NCBI GenBank assembly: GCA_964234715.1
Contig: OZ174278.1
DNA: 64,000 nucleotides
From: Podarcis melisellensis
Taxonomy: Eukaryota
Reading direction: 5' to 3' (one strand)
In this document: positions 14,532 through 27,180 of the stretch, piece after piece
Numbering within the stretch: the first letter of the stretch is position 1
Layout: each line of letters opens with the position of its first letter
Translations under genes and position numbers: made by a program
The notes under the pieces: generated by a model
Databases searched by the model: none
What the model saw: only the letters and a program-made list of their open reading frames with translations
Told to the model about the DNA's origin: nothing

Positions 14532-14885
14532 CAGAGCCACACCAGCCATGAAGCAGGTGAGGTCACTGCTTCAGGTAGCAGAAGCCTCCCAGGTAGGACA
14601 CCTGTGGCTGCCCCACTTGCCCCGCTGCCATTGGCACTAATTTTGGGAAAGAGCATACCTGAAATCTTGCAAAATATTGTGGAGCACACAATATCTCGAG
14701 CGTTTTGGGATGAGATCTCACCCCAAATTGGAATGACCTTTCCCAAGATCGGTAACAATGTTGTTGCCACTTCTCCCCTTGCAGCAGAGCAGGCAGGAGC
14801 TGGTAAGTAGTGGCAGCAGCAGTAGTAGCAGCAGGGCAAAGCAGTACGCCCCATTTTTCCTCAAACAGCGAAATGGGACACACTG
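14532..14885. mobile_element. Probable hAT-type insertion inside an older palindromic MITE (host about 14440-14923)
   Basis: CAG...CTG ends. Degenerate TSD GGTCTACT / TCTCTACT. The flanks rejoin into one palindrome (agagtagacc...ggtctactttg). Confidence 0.55.
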
Positions 14886-15016
14886 TCTCTACTTTGAGTA
14901 GAAATAATACTGGATATAACCCATTGCATCTTTGAATCCCATGCTTGGGATTCCTTGTGCTTTCTCGGTGGAGTTCTTCATTAAAAACCTATTCAGCATG
15001 ATACAAAGCTATAATA

Positions 15017-15152
15017 CAGGCATAGGCAAATTCGGTCCTCCAGATGTTTTGAGACTACAATTCCCATCATCCCTGACCACTAGTCCTGCTAGCTAGGGAT
15101 GATGGGAGTTGTAATGCCAAAATATCTGGGGGGCCAAGTTTGCCTATGCCTG
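15017..15152. mobile_element. 136-bp palindromic hAT MITE, copy 1
   Basis: CAGGCATAGGCAAA...TTTGCCTATGCCTG. TSD CTATAATA / CTATTATA. Confidence 0.93.
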
Positions 15153-15369
15153 CTATTATATGATGCGAACAGGAACTCCAGGGGCAAACAAGAGCCTTGG
15201 AGAAAGCCAATCTACAGTGGAAAAACAGCACAAAGCAAAAGCGTAAACTCCTTTCTGCCATGCTGCTGCCCAATCCTTGCTGCCTTTCCCCTCCTTGTGT
15301 TGGTCCTGGCAGTGACACATGGCACTGACAAGATGGGAGAGCAATGCAGCTGCCTATGATAATCGCAAG

Positions 15370-15945
15370 AAATAAACAATAACATTAAAAACCACGGTGA
15401 CCAACAATACAATTACAACACAGCAAAAACAAAATTACCAGATCAAACAAATCACTCAAGAGTAGAATAAGATACTGTAGCACAGAATAAAACAAATAAT
15501 ACGAAACAACTAAGAGAAATGTATCACAGAGCTAAACTAATAAAAAATACTAAATCACAGCATGATAAAAATGTAAAAAGGCCTGCAAAAATTAAAAAAA
15601 AATGCTGAAAATACATTAAAGTAGGCACCAGGCAGGGACTCTATAGTTGAGAGACCACTGCTGAAAAGGCCCTGTATTTTGTAGCCACCCACCATTTGAC
15701 AGTAGCCTGTGGAGAAGTTTCTCAGCTGATGAAATCTCAGCATCAGTACTTCTGTCTTGCCTTAGCTTATTGCCCACAATCCAGTCTTTTATCACAGCGA
15801 GGCACTGATTTAGCACTTCTATGCCTCATTTGGATTCAGTAAGTGTTGCCCCCGTACTGCTGACACTGCACTCCAAATCCCCAGATCGGATCATACAAAC
15901 CACTGAGTTGTATGGGGATAAGATAGAACCCTGTGAAACCCCAAA
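15370..15945 (-). mobile_element. Internally deleted L2-clade LINE reverse-transcriptase relic
   Basis: Minus strand reads GVSQGSILSP (15913-15942; RT GVPQGS motif), then GVQCQQYGGNT (decayed YADDT), LNQCLAVIKDWIVGNKLR, an RAFS-like end and an A-rich (+ strand) tail. Confidence 0.8.
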
Positions 15946-15969
15946 GCATTTGGATATGTGCCCTCTGGT

Positions 15970-16300
15970 CAGGGGCAGTCTGTGCATTAGGCAAAATCTA
16001 GCCATTTGCTTCTGGCAGAGAATCCATCCCCTGTCCTCTCCCTCCCCACTTCCACCAGTGAGCTGCTGCCAGCCCCACCAAGGCTTCTCCCACTCTGCCC
16101 CATTGCCCTCACCGCTGCCACCGCGCCCTCACTGCTGCATTGTGGCAGCAGCACGGGCACAGCCAAAAGCGAAGGTACCGTTGCAGCGAAGGGGCTGGCA
16201 GCAGTGTAGGGACAGGGAGTGGGGTGAGGACTCAGATCTGTGGGAGTTGTCATCATGGGGGCAGGGTGATTTGGAGATTAAATGTCTTGGGCCAGCTCTG
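15970..16300. mobile_element. GC-rich hAT-like non-autonomous element
   Basis: Perfect 8-bp direct repeat CCTCTGGT at 15962-15969 and 16301-16308. CAG...CTG termini with degenerate TIRs. Confidence 0.6.
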
Positions 16301-16505
16301 CCTCTGGTAAAAATAAGACCAGAGCACAATCTTGTGCTTCTGTGGTTATGTTATGCCCTTCCAAGGGGGAGCCACCTGGTCCCATCTCTAGCCGCTTTTC
16401 AACAGACAGTAGGAACCCAGTTTATGTCTGTGGGCTCTGGACACTATTTGTTGATTTTAACAACAGTGTTGTTATATTTTTGAAGTGGATTTTGTTTTTC
16501 TAGCT

Positions 16506-16641
16506 TAAGGTTTCCCACACTTGAGTCTCCTGTTGCTTTTGGACTACAGCTCCCATCATTCTTAGCTAGCAGGACCAGTGGTTAGAGATGGTGGGAATTA
16601 TAGTCCAAAAACAGCTGGAGACCCAAATTTGGGAAACCCTG
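16506..16641. mobile_element. 136-bp palindromic hAT MITE, copy 2 (variant termini, loop reversed)
   Basis: TAAGGTTTCCCA...TGGGAAACCCTG. Shared core ggactacagctcccatc / gatggtgggaattatagtcc. TSD TTCTAGCT / CCCTAGCT. Confidence 0.85.
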
Positions 16642-18268
16642 CCCTAGCTGTTTGAAAGTGTTGAGTAATTATTATTTTTTTGTCTATGTGTTTACCACTA
16701 GCAGATTTGGTTATTTTCTTTTAAATATAAAAGTGGTACATAAGGATTTTAGGGAGAATAAATACATCAATAACTACATAAAATGTGTGGTCTCAAAGTA
16801 ATGAAGTAATTGGGCAGTTTTTGTAGTATGTTCATGTCTCTGGTAGTACAGAGGAAATGGTATGGCCCCACATATCCACAGAAAGTAACATCTGCCCCCA
16901 CAAATTCCATGTTACCAGGCAAACACCAGGCTCCCAACCCCTTGTTTTCCTCACAACAGTAATGGTGGAGGACAGCAGCATTCACAGGAGAGAAGTGATG
17001 AATGAGATGGAGGGCTTATCTCGTCTCCCACACGATTTCTTCCCTAAGCTCTCCCTCCTCCTTCACAGAAGATGGTGGGGGAAAGTTAAGTGTTCCCCAC
17101 ATTATCTGACAAGGACATGTTTAGGAGACACACACCTTTGCTTGTACATGCACAAGGACAGGTAACACTGCCCCTTGCTTAGCTCCTGACACCTTAAGCA
17201 GTCCTGCAGCAGTTATTTTGGCAGACTGATAATTTAAAAGATAATTCTCTTCCTTTTACACTTCATTTCTTTCTTCTCATACTGAAGAAAAAGAATGTGA
17301 GCAAAGGTGTGGGAGGGAAATGTTTTATTCCTGTCAGACTTGGCAGAATCTCTTTATACAATCTAGTATTGCCATTGGATATGAGTTTGCCTTCATACCT
17401 GTGCATTGCGATACATTGATTAGCATTACCAAATGATTTTTCTTTTAGATTTTCTGTGCTTTTTTCTGTATTCCAAGTTTATACATATTATTAGACCTGG
17501 GTAAAACTACCCAGGATTCCAAATCATGAAAAGTTTCTTTGAGGGTTTATTTAAACTGCCTAGCTATTCTGCTAATTACTGCTGCTTCCAAAAGAAATAG
17601 ACATCCTTCAGTGACGAGCCTTCACAAATAAGAGGCGAACATGGATGTCATTGCAAGATATTCTAACATGTATGACTAATGCTGCAAATGAAATATAAGC
17701 TGTCCATACAATATGACATTTTACTCAAGCACAAAACATTCTCTGTTTGCTAATTACAACTAGCAGGTTATTCGAATGCTGGTGTTTTTAATTAAGAGCT
17801 TATATACCAGACAATCTCTATGGATTAAAAATAAATGTTTTGGTCATTGGAAAGATAGGCACTGTCCTCTAGTGGAGAAAAGGTGCCACAACAGCAACCT
17901 GGAAATGCCCAGCATTTTACTAATTAGAGAAATACAGCAGTGAGACCAAATGTTGTCATTGCTGATGCTATTGGCTGTCTTCAAGCAAACACCCTCTGAT
18001 GCTCTAAGGTCCTCCTCACATTCTGTTCGCTTTGAAACCAGGCTACATAACAAGAAAAACTCCCATTTTAAATCACAGAGAAGCTTTTTGATTAAAGCCT
18101 CTGCCTGAATCCAATTAGCTGGAACAGAAAGTGCATCTTTATCACTGGAGTCTGCATAATCATGTTGTCTAGATTAGCCTGATTTTCCCCCAGTTTAAAT
18201 AAATAAACTTGAGCAAAGAAAGAGTATGTTTATCTTTGAAATGTGTTTGTTGGTACTGCTAGTTTGTT

Positions 18269-18306
18269 CAGGTAAAGTGTGATTATACAGGTAAAGTGTG
18301 ATTATA
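18269..18306. repeat. Perfect 19-bp tandem duplication
   Basis: CAGGTAAAGTGTGATTATA x2. Confidence 0.95.
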
Positions 18307-18802
18307 CTTTACAACATAAGGAAACCGGTTTTAATTATCCATCACTTACCCACTTACATCTTCAATATTTTATATTGGCTTCAGCACCGCATGGTCATTT
18401 ATATATTGCTGAACTTGTTTTAAGATGTTGTTGGGGCATGAATTAGGAAGCACCCACTTATGGGCTAATGGAGAAAGTTGAGATTTCAGACCATGATGCA
18501 GCAAATTACAGGGTAGGAGGGAAGAGGCAGAAAATATATCTTTGTTGCAACTGTAAAGTCTTTACAAGGCTGTAAACGTTGAGGTGCAATGATATTGCAG
18601 CTGCAAGAAGTGAAAGATGAGGTTGTTCACGGGAGTCATAATGTGCATAGTCATTGTCCAAATTGCATCATTTTTAGACCAGATGTTCAAAGTTTAGCTC
18701 AAAAATGCTTTTGCAAAAGCAATAATTGCTTAAGGCTCTCTATGAATTATCTGCCATTTAAAAATCTGAAGGTACCTCAAAGATTGGCTAAAGCATGAAG
18801 AA

Positions 18803-18832
18803 GTGAATCTTAGATTTGTGAATCTTAGATTT
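18803..18832. repeat. Perfect 15-bp tandem duplication
   Basis: GTGAATCTTAGATTT x2. Confidence 0.95.
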
Positions 18833-20554
18833 GAAGTTTATCTCCAGACCATTGGTCTTCAAATGGATGGGTGTGGACCCACAGCTGGATCGTGGGTCAT
18901 AACAGCAGCACTACCACCATGCAAATATATGATTAAAAGGGGGGGGTTCCAAAATGCATTTTTGCATTAAATGTGGTGGGTCTTGGTTCTGAAGAATACT
19001 GATTCCATTCCCACCCACACTCCACAATATAGCTGATCCTTGATGGTTGCTTCCTATAATCCAGGGTAGATGAGCCCAGGGCAGAGAGCTAGAAACACAA
19101 GTGTGAAACAATGCCTGAGGCTGCATTTTTGTATGGAATGCACACTTAACTGGCAGTAAACTCAATCTGCACTTACTAATACACACATATGGGGAAATAA
19201 TATGATGAAAGATTGGCACACATTACATCCCGATTTTTTTTTTATTAGAAACCCTCTGATGTCTGCAGTGTTTTTGTATCTCATCAACAAGTGGCATGAT
19301 GTACGTGTATATGTGAATTCCAGTGAAAGCGACAGATTCACTTTTGGGAGTACATATAGCCTTGTTAAATAAGAAACTGCTCTTCCCAAAGCAAGAACCA
19401 ACACCCCTTATTCTTTGTGCTATTAGCTCAAAGTAACAAACAAGGACATCAGTAACAGCAGTAGTAGCTAGTCACAAAGATCCTGCCTGCATGACCCACC
19501 ACTGACCTTCTCGATAGTTTATTGTCAAGCTCAGCCAGCCTGGAAAGTATAGATTATACAGCAGCCGCAGCCTCGGTATTAATTTATAGTGGAACACCTG
19601 GCATATTAATGGCCCTTGCTCAGCAGTAATCTGTACAATATTGCTGGGAGATGGTGCTTCTTTCCTAATTTATTTCCCAGGCGTAAATATTTCATATTTA
19701 ACAGAAACTTCGAATTCCACGTTTAAAAATACACTTAAATATTTCATCCAGGAGGGGAAATCCCCATTAATTTAATGAGAAGAGAGTTCTTTTTCTGAGG
19801 TTTGTCTTTTTGACATTACCTCCCTCCCCCTTCCTTGTTGATTCAGGAGATCCTTTTAAAAGATCACCATGCACACATTAATATGCACCTGTAAATGGTT
19901 GACGGAACCCTCTGAGTATGAAGTTCATCTCAGCAGGTTGCTTCATTCTGGTTGGAAAAGCTCAGCAGGCTTTCATGGTTCAGTACTCCCATGAGCACGA
20001 GGTTGGTGATTAAGGGATAACTTGGCCTGCAGTCCAGCCAGCTCAGTCTGTACACTGATTAGATATCAACAGGTGAGCAATGCTGGGTGGAAAGAACTCA
20101 AATGAAAAGTTGTGAGGCTGGTGGCATGGGACAACAGAAGGAGGCCTTCTTCCTTCCTTTTGAGGGATACTCGATTCTAAGGTGAACTCCATCCGCTAAA
20201 AGTAACGCTCATGGTCATTGCAGCCATTGGACAGCAGCAAGTCAAGATTTGACATCAACTGATGATCCTGTAACAAATGCACATTTATGATGCATGTCTA
20301 TCCCATTCATCACGTTCACACTATATTTTTAGATGTTCACCTAAAATATCTAAAGTGAAGAAGTAATTGTAATATACTGTAACAGCTAATGATGGGTGAG
20401 TGTTTTGCAGAGTGGAAATGGCTTCTTTTCCCAAAAGATGTCAGTCAGCATTCAGGGCAACCTATTTAACAAGTTTTTCAGCATTCCATACCCCAGCACG
20501 TTATCGTTTTAGGTAGTCATGGTTATGCTGGTCTGAATTTTATGTGTGTGTGTA

Positions 20555-20917
20555 AAGGTAAAGGTAAAGGTACCCCTGCCCGTACGGGCCAGTCTTGACA
20601 GACTCTGGGGTTGTGCGCCCATCTCACTTAAGAGGCCAGGGGCCAGCGCTGTCCAGAGACACTTCCGGGTCACATGGCCAGTGTGACATCGCTGCTCTGG
20701 CGAGCCAGAGCCGCACACGGAAACGCCGTTTACCTTCCCGCTGGTAAGCGGTCCCTATTTATCTACTTGCACCCGGAGGTGCTTTCGAACTGCTAGGTTG
20801 GCAGGCGCTGGGACCGAGCAGCGGGAGCGCACCCCGCAGCAGGGATTCAAACCGCCGACCTTTCGATCAGCAAGTCCTAGGCGCTGAGGCTTTAACCCAC
20901 AGCGCCGCCTGTGTCCC
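20555..20917 (-). mobile_element. Full-length Sauria SINE (tRNA-derived)
   Basis: Minus strand starts GGGACACAGGCGGCGCTGTGGG (A box), has B box GGTTTGAATCC and ends in an (ACCTTT)n tail. 14-bp TSD TATGTGTGTGTGTA at 20541-20554 and 20918-20931. Confidence 0.95.
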
Positions 20918-21159
20918 TATGTGTGTGTGTACTTTGTATCATTTAGTTTACCTTTGGGACATTTTAGATCTAGCGCTTTTCTGATACCAGTAATCTTTTT
21001 CTGTTGTATATTGTGATGGTGCTGAAATTTAACACTTATGGATTTAGAAATACAAGTCCTTGGGAGCTCATAGTGCTTGCCTAAAACAGTATTATCGCTT
21101 CAGTGTTGCAGAATGAGAAATGGAAAATAAGGTCTAAGTGACTGCCTGTAATACTTTGA

Positions 21160-21700
21160 CGATGGGGTGCAACAACATTTTGAGCACCAAGGGCCACATT
21201 CCCCCAGAGAACTGGCGCATAGCTGTCAACTTTTTTTAGGGGAAATTCCCTTATTCTGAATAGGATTCCTCACAAGAAAAGGGAAAAGTTCACAGCTATG
21301 CACTGGTGGAGGAAAAGGAGTGCGGGGAGAGCGCACCGCCCCCAGCAGTGCAATCCCAGTGGGATGCCATCGTGGCTGCTCCCCCAGCCGCGCTGGGCGC
21401 CATGCCCCCACAGGTGACATGCTATGCCCCCAGGATGCATGCCAGCCCCGCCACCGCCTGCTCTCCACCTCCGGTGCTGGAGCATGAAGCTCCGCCGCTG
21501 CCCAAGAGGAAAGTGTTTTGGGGCCACATAACTGAAGCCAACCAAAGAGCATGTGCACTTCAAAAACCATAATGACACTTTATGTATCATGCTTTGTGGT
21601 TGGATTGTATGATACTAACAAGTGTTGGTTGCACAGAGGTATGGGGGAACAGAAAGAGGTAGGCTGAGGGCCACATTAATTCAGCCTGCAGGATTCTTAT
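21160..21700. mobile_element. Degraded hAT-like element with GC-rich core (21301-21476)
   Basis: agggccacatt subterminal motifs near both ends. GC-rich core with imperfect CACTGG...CCGGTG ends. No clear TSD. Confidence 0.4.
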
Positions 21701-22140
21701 CTGTAGTATGATAAATCACTTTCTAGAGGAAAACATTAATTGTATGATCCTTGGGTTCTGTGTATTGTAGAGGCATAGTGTATGAATTCTGCGGCTATCT
21801 CATATTTGGAAAATCAATGCTTTGAAAGAAGACCATATACTTAATCTGTCTGTGGATAGCTGTCTGTGGATAATCTTGAACTAAGGACTTGAACTAAGAA
21901 TAGAGGACTAAGATTAGCCTCTATTCTTTTGCAACTAGTAGATCTATATTCTGCACTAGATAATGTGTCTGTCAATAGTTTGACAATATTTGAGTAAAAA
22001 TTGCTTCTCAAAAGTTACGAATGCTAAGGTCAGCTTTCAAGCTATGCTCTTTCAGGTTTGTATGGGGAAACATTACTTAGCCGCTGATAATAAAATAAAT
22101 CATTTTCGCCAGTTTTGGAATAACATGCTTTCTTTATTAA

Positions 22141-22287
<147 letters not shown>

Positions 22288-23543
22288 TAAAGTGAGGAAA
22301 TTGTATATATTTTGTCAGACTAATCTGCAATTCTTTAGTGAATTAAGTGCTAGGTGAAGGATGCTATAGACATTTATTTTTAATATGCACTAAAGCATCG
22401 CAGGCCTGCTTTTCCACATGGTGCACTCTGGGACTGGCATAAAAGATGTGTTCTTTTACATGTACACAGTTATCTCTGAAAGCTCAAGTTCAACAATTTT
22501 CTTTTAAATGAAAAAATGCAGATTTTGAGGCTGTACAAAAGTATCTAGAAGAAGCTTCTATTATCTCCAGTTAGGCTAAATAATAATATGTTAAGGTCTA
22601 CCATATTTCAACACAAGCATAAAAAGCTCAGCTCTCATATAGAATATTACATGAACAGCTGACATGTTGCATTTCTTATCTAAAGCTTTCCCAAATATGT
22701 ACACCTACATACTCTGAGGCCTTTAAAAAAAAAATATCCGAGTGGTGGATTTTCACTGGTTTCTGGGTTTGGTGATTTTGAGTATGTTCAGAAGGACCCT
22801 GAACTGTTTGTATTCTTTTTCTTTGTTGAGCAGGGAGTATGAAATGTTTTATTTGCTTTATTGCTTAAAATGGTAAAGGAAAACAAGGGATGGCAGGTTA
22901 TCTTTACATATTTTTTAAACCCAAAGTGCTTACATTCATCCTCTGTAGATATAGCTGAATTTATTTGCAATGAAAGAGGGGGCACATTTGTGGTTGTATG
23001 TGTGGCGTGAGGGCAATGGAGAAACATCTAAAAATAAAATTTCTTTTAACATAGCAGTACCTTAGTTAACTAAGATGGGAAGCAAAAGAGAGTAAGTGCC
23101 ACTGAATTCAATAGGACTTATTTCCATAGAGACATGTGCAGGATTGCAGTTCTGGTGTCAGATCAATCAGATAATCCTTTTTTCCAACACCTGCTTTATA
23201 TACCATAATTTCAAGAAAGCTTTCTAATATATGATTTAAAGCGCATGTAAACCTTTTACGAATAATTTGTGCACAACCCCTTGATATCTTATCAGGGTAT
23301 GCTTAAAGATGTCAAATTAATTGCAGCTCTTATTAGTATCTGCAGAACCAAATGTCCTCATTAACAGCGAAGAAGAAAAAGGCATTATATAATTTAATTA
23401 AGATTGCATCAAACCATAACCAAATTTGAAACCAGGCTGCTTTCATTTCTGAGAAACATCACATCAGGATCATCTTTCAATGCAATGTAGTGTAAACAAC
23501 ATTATATATGAAGGGAAAAACCAAACTGATTTTTCTTTCACAG

Positions 23544-23689
23544 AGTTCTTAAGGAACATCTCGGGGAACAGGAAGTTTCCATCTCATTAATTCTTGACTC
23601 AGTGGAAGAAGGAGACCTCGGAAATTACTCATGTTATGTTGAAAATGGATATGGCCGCAGACTTGCTACCGTTATTCTACTTAAAAGGG
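23544..23689 (+). CDS. IL1RAPL1: IL1RAPL1 coding exon (exon 8 equivalent), C-terminal half of Ig3
   Basis: [48 protein letters not shown], with the Ig DxGxYxC motif. Acceptor ttttctttcacag|, donor GGG|gtgaat, 146 bp, phase 2 to 1, in frame with both neighbours. Confidence 0.97.
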
Positions 23690-25599
23690 GTGAATATTTT
23701 ATTTTTTTATTCAAAAACAACAGAGATGGTTTACACTGTAAGAAGTTGATGTTTTGTACAGCTATCTCCCAATTTTTATTCCTTGGCTCCTTAGTCCTCT
23801 GTACACTGAGGGAGGGAAATGTTAATCATTTCCCCCCTTCAGTTGGAAAAGGACATTTTAAAGAAAGAAAAAGAAAGCCATCATTAAAAATGGCTATCTG
23901 TCGAAGGAATGCAGTTAAATACACTTTTTAATAATGTTTATATAGAAAACACTTTTAACAACCGGTGAGTATGGGAACTAATAAAAATTTACTAGAACTA
24001 GCCTGGCAGGAAGCTATTGACACTAGAAGTTTAATCATTTTCTGTAAGAAATAAGTCTAAATAATTCAAAAAGGAATAGGTTTGAAATATATCATGGGGA
24101 ATAAACAAACAAAAGTTGGGAAACTTGCTCCTGATGAATTCCAACTCACAGAGGGTTTTCTGTTTGTTTGGTGGTCGTCTTAAATGCTGTATTTAAAACT
24201 TGCTGCATTTATGGGGGGCAGGATTAAGGCTCTTCCATTCATGACCTACTAAAATTGGGGTACGGGGTCTGGGCACTCACATAGGACAATCTCCATCTAA
24301 CCCCACAACTTTTGGAGCAGCAGTTGTTGGGCCTATGACCACATTAAAAAACAACAGAGTGGGCCATTAATTTAATGCAGTCGTGCTTCTACCCAGATAC
24401 GTTTACCAGTCTGTACCAGCTAATTGTTGGAAGCATCTATGTGGAATGAGCTTTCTGTGTCCTTTTGGTCATTGTTCATTGTCCAATGGCGGTGGAGTTC
24501 ATAGAACTCCCCTTCTCATCCACCATTCAGAAATGTTAGTCTTTTAGCATGGCATGCATTTCTGCAAAATTTCTGTCCTAGGGCACCAAGAGTCCACAGA
24601 GCCAATTTCACCCAGTCAGGCACACTTTTCCAGCATTCACAATGTAGCCAATGAAAGCATGAATATAGGCCATTTGCTGGAGGTTTCTGTGGCCACATGT
24701 CACTCTAAGGTCAGAAATTAAAACAACTAACCTGGCCCTATATTTAATATTTGCATGATGCTGTTCTAAAAACAAGCTTGTGTTATTCACAACAATAACA
24801 GCTACTTCATATTGCAGCCAAAATAATAAAATACAATAGGTGTGTCAAATTCATAAAGAAGATATCACAAAAATTCAATATTACTTGACAGCATTTCAAT
24901 TATTTATTATTTATTAAATTTGTGTACTGCCCTATACCCATTGATCTTGGGGCTGTTCACAACAATGACATTGTAATAGCAACAATGGCTACCTAGCAAA
25001 GTACTGTATCAGTTAAGATTACTATTGTGCATGGTCTTTGAGGACATGATTTATCAGTAGTGCTGAGAAATTTTGCAAATAACAGAAAGTTAGAAATAGG
25101 AGAAGGGGTTTGGCAAGGAGAAATAGCAGAGGATTTGAATTGTTTGAGAAGTTACTTGATTGCATCTGTAAGATTTGAAACGTACCTGATGCATGCATTC
25201 AACATACTTTGCATTTTGACAACTTTTTCAATAAAATGAGAAATTAGCCGTGACAGATAAAACCAAAATCAAGCAGTGTCTCAGAGTTCCTAGCTGGAAA
25301 AACTCTGCATAGTTAGCAGGCTCTTCTTTTTCACCATGGCAACCTTTTAAGTAAGATTTCCTTAGACCTACATCTTGCCTATTAAAAAAAATGTATTGCA
25401 AATTAATGTGGGGGTTATCTGGTTCTGCAGCAGGCCAAATAAGTTACAGTTCTCATTTTACCAATTTAGTAATTGTTCTTATTTGTTGACATTACAACAT
25501 TGTAAAGGTATATCTCATATGGACAATTCTATTCATTTAATATTCAGGAAAGGAATAGTGAAAGAGTGCAGTATTTCCATTTTAGCAATAGGACTTCCC

Positions 25600-25780
25600 G
25601 TTCTCTCCCCCCTTGCCCAGCACGGCCTATGCATTCCCTAAATCTGCTCCAGAGGGTCAGGGCAACCCCTAGAACAGATTGGGGGAGTGCAGGAGACGAG
25701 AAAAGAAGGGTGTTTCATTGCACAAGCAGAAATCCTTGTGTGATGGAACTTTCATGTGACGCTATTTGGATGCAACCCAG
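25600..25780. repeat. Old lizard interspersed repeat family member
   Basis: Core aaatctgctccagagggt...ggg recurs at about 3300, 8370, 31030 and 41535. Confidence 0.55.
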
Positions 25781-26689
25781 CGCCTCCATTTCTAATTCAT
25801 GTATGTTTGCCATTTTAAATTTCTAGCCGAGCTTTCAGCCAAAATCATGCCATTAAGCTAACTCACAAATATGATAACAAAACATTAATATAATATGCAA
25901 ACATTTTTTAAAGCAACAGTTTTAATCATAACATGCAGTGAAGATATAAAATGGTGAAGGCTTAAAATCACAAAATGTTGAACGATCAAAAGCCCTATGA
26001 AAGAAAAAGAGTTTTTTAATCAGCTTTTTGCATGCTAAAGGTGCCTTAGCTGGACAAAACTCCTAGGGGATAGATTTCGAAGTAGAAAAAGGCCTGAAAA
26101 AGGCCTGCTTCTGCTGCCCATCATTTTGACCTCTGATAGCAGCAAGATCCACAACAAAGCCATCTTCACAGCATGAATGAATGGTTTATGCATAGCACAA
26201 CTTGTGGCTCTCTGCCAGTGTTCAAAAATGGGACGTAGCAGATGGAGGTGATACAACAACTCAGAATGGAAAACATCTACTCAGAAGCTGGAACTTCTTT
26301 GAGATCAGGGAGTATTGTCTGAGAGTTGCTGGCCACAACCTGTTCTTGATGTACGTATATTTTTAGTTGCCTCACAGACAACTGAACATAAGCCTTCCAA
26401 AACAGGGGAGTCAGCACAGTAGATTTAAAAGCCACACTACGACAGAAGTTGTATCTACGGAAGGGATTTTCCTCAGAGTGGCTAAGGTGTGGCTGTGAAT
26501 GTGCTTTATCAGGCAAGTGATTCCAACAGGAAGCCATAGATGCCTCCTCTTCCCCCACCATTGCTCCAAAAGCCAGTGGGGGAAGAGCAGTGGGCGTGTG
26601 CACTGGCTGGAAAGTTTACCGACCCCTGGGCTAGACACCCAAGCAAGTGAAATAGCTAATCCCTACTACCGGTATTTATTACAAGGACA

Positions 26690-27180
26690 TAGGCATACTG
26701 CTTTATCTTCTATGTATTTCTCTCTCTCTTTTCAACTGTCTAAGCAAGTGGACATCTTACAGCAATTAATCCTGTATAGTAGACATACACTGAATGAAGA
26801 ACTGATTTCCTTATGTTTGTCCTGAACCGAGTGCCAGCCAGGTTCACTGGAGAGCTTTGCTCCCTTTTCCCAACCAAGTCCACCCAACTTCTCATCCAGC
26901 TAGCTGCACACAGGCCAATAAGCACAGCCCCCTTCTTTCTTTCACCTGCTTCCTATTTTTAAACCAGCTGCTGATCCATAATAAGGCCACCTGTTGTATA
27001 CAACAATTTCTAGGTTCACTTAGAAGCCTTTTTAAAAGGCCTTTGGGAGCACTTTGTGAAAATCCAAATTGCCATTATCCATCAGACTATCTGTGTGTAA
27101 ATATTTGTTGACACTTGCAAAGAAATCTAAAAGGTTAGCAAGGTAAGATGTTCATTTGAAGAAGTCACAATAATCCTACA
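26690..27180 (-). mobile_element. Degraded CR1 LINE ORF2 fragments
   Basis: Minus-strand NLAGTRFRTNIRK resembles the CR1 C-terminal motif. 27050-27160 resembles the SCLTNLL.FF...LDF.KAF RT region with disruptions. Confidence 0.65.

Noticed and set aside
15821-16483. 220-aa ORF
   Set aside because: Crosses an antisense L2 relic and a GC-rich hAT-like insert. Low-complexity and not a plausible protein.
20820-20917. tRNA-like A/B boxes
   Set aside because: Head of the Sauria SINE, not a tRNA gene.
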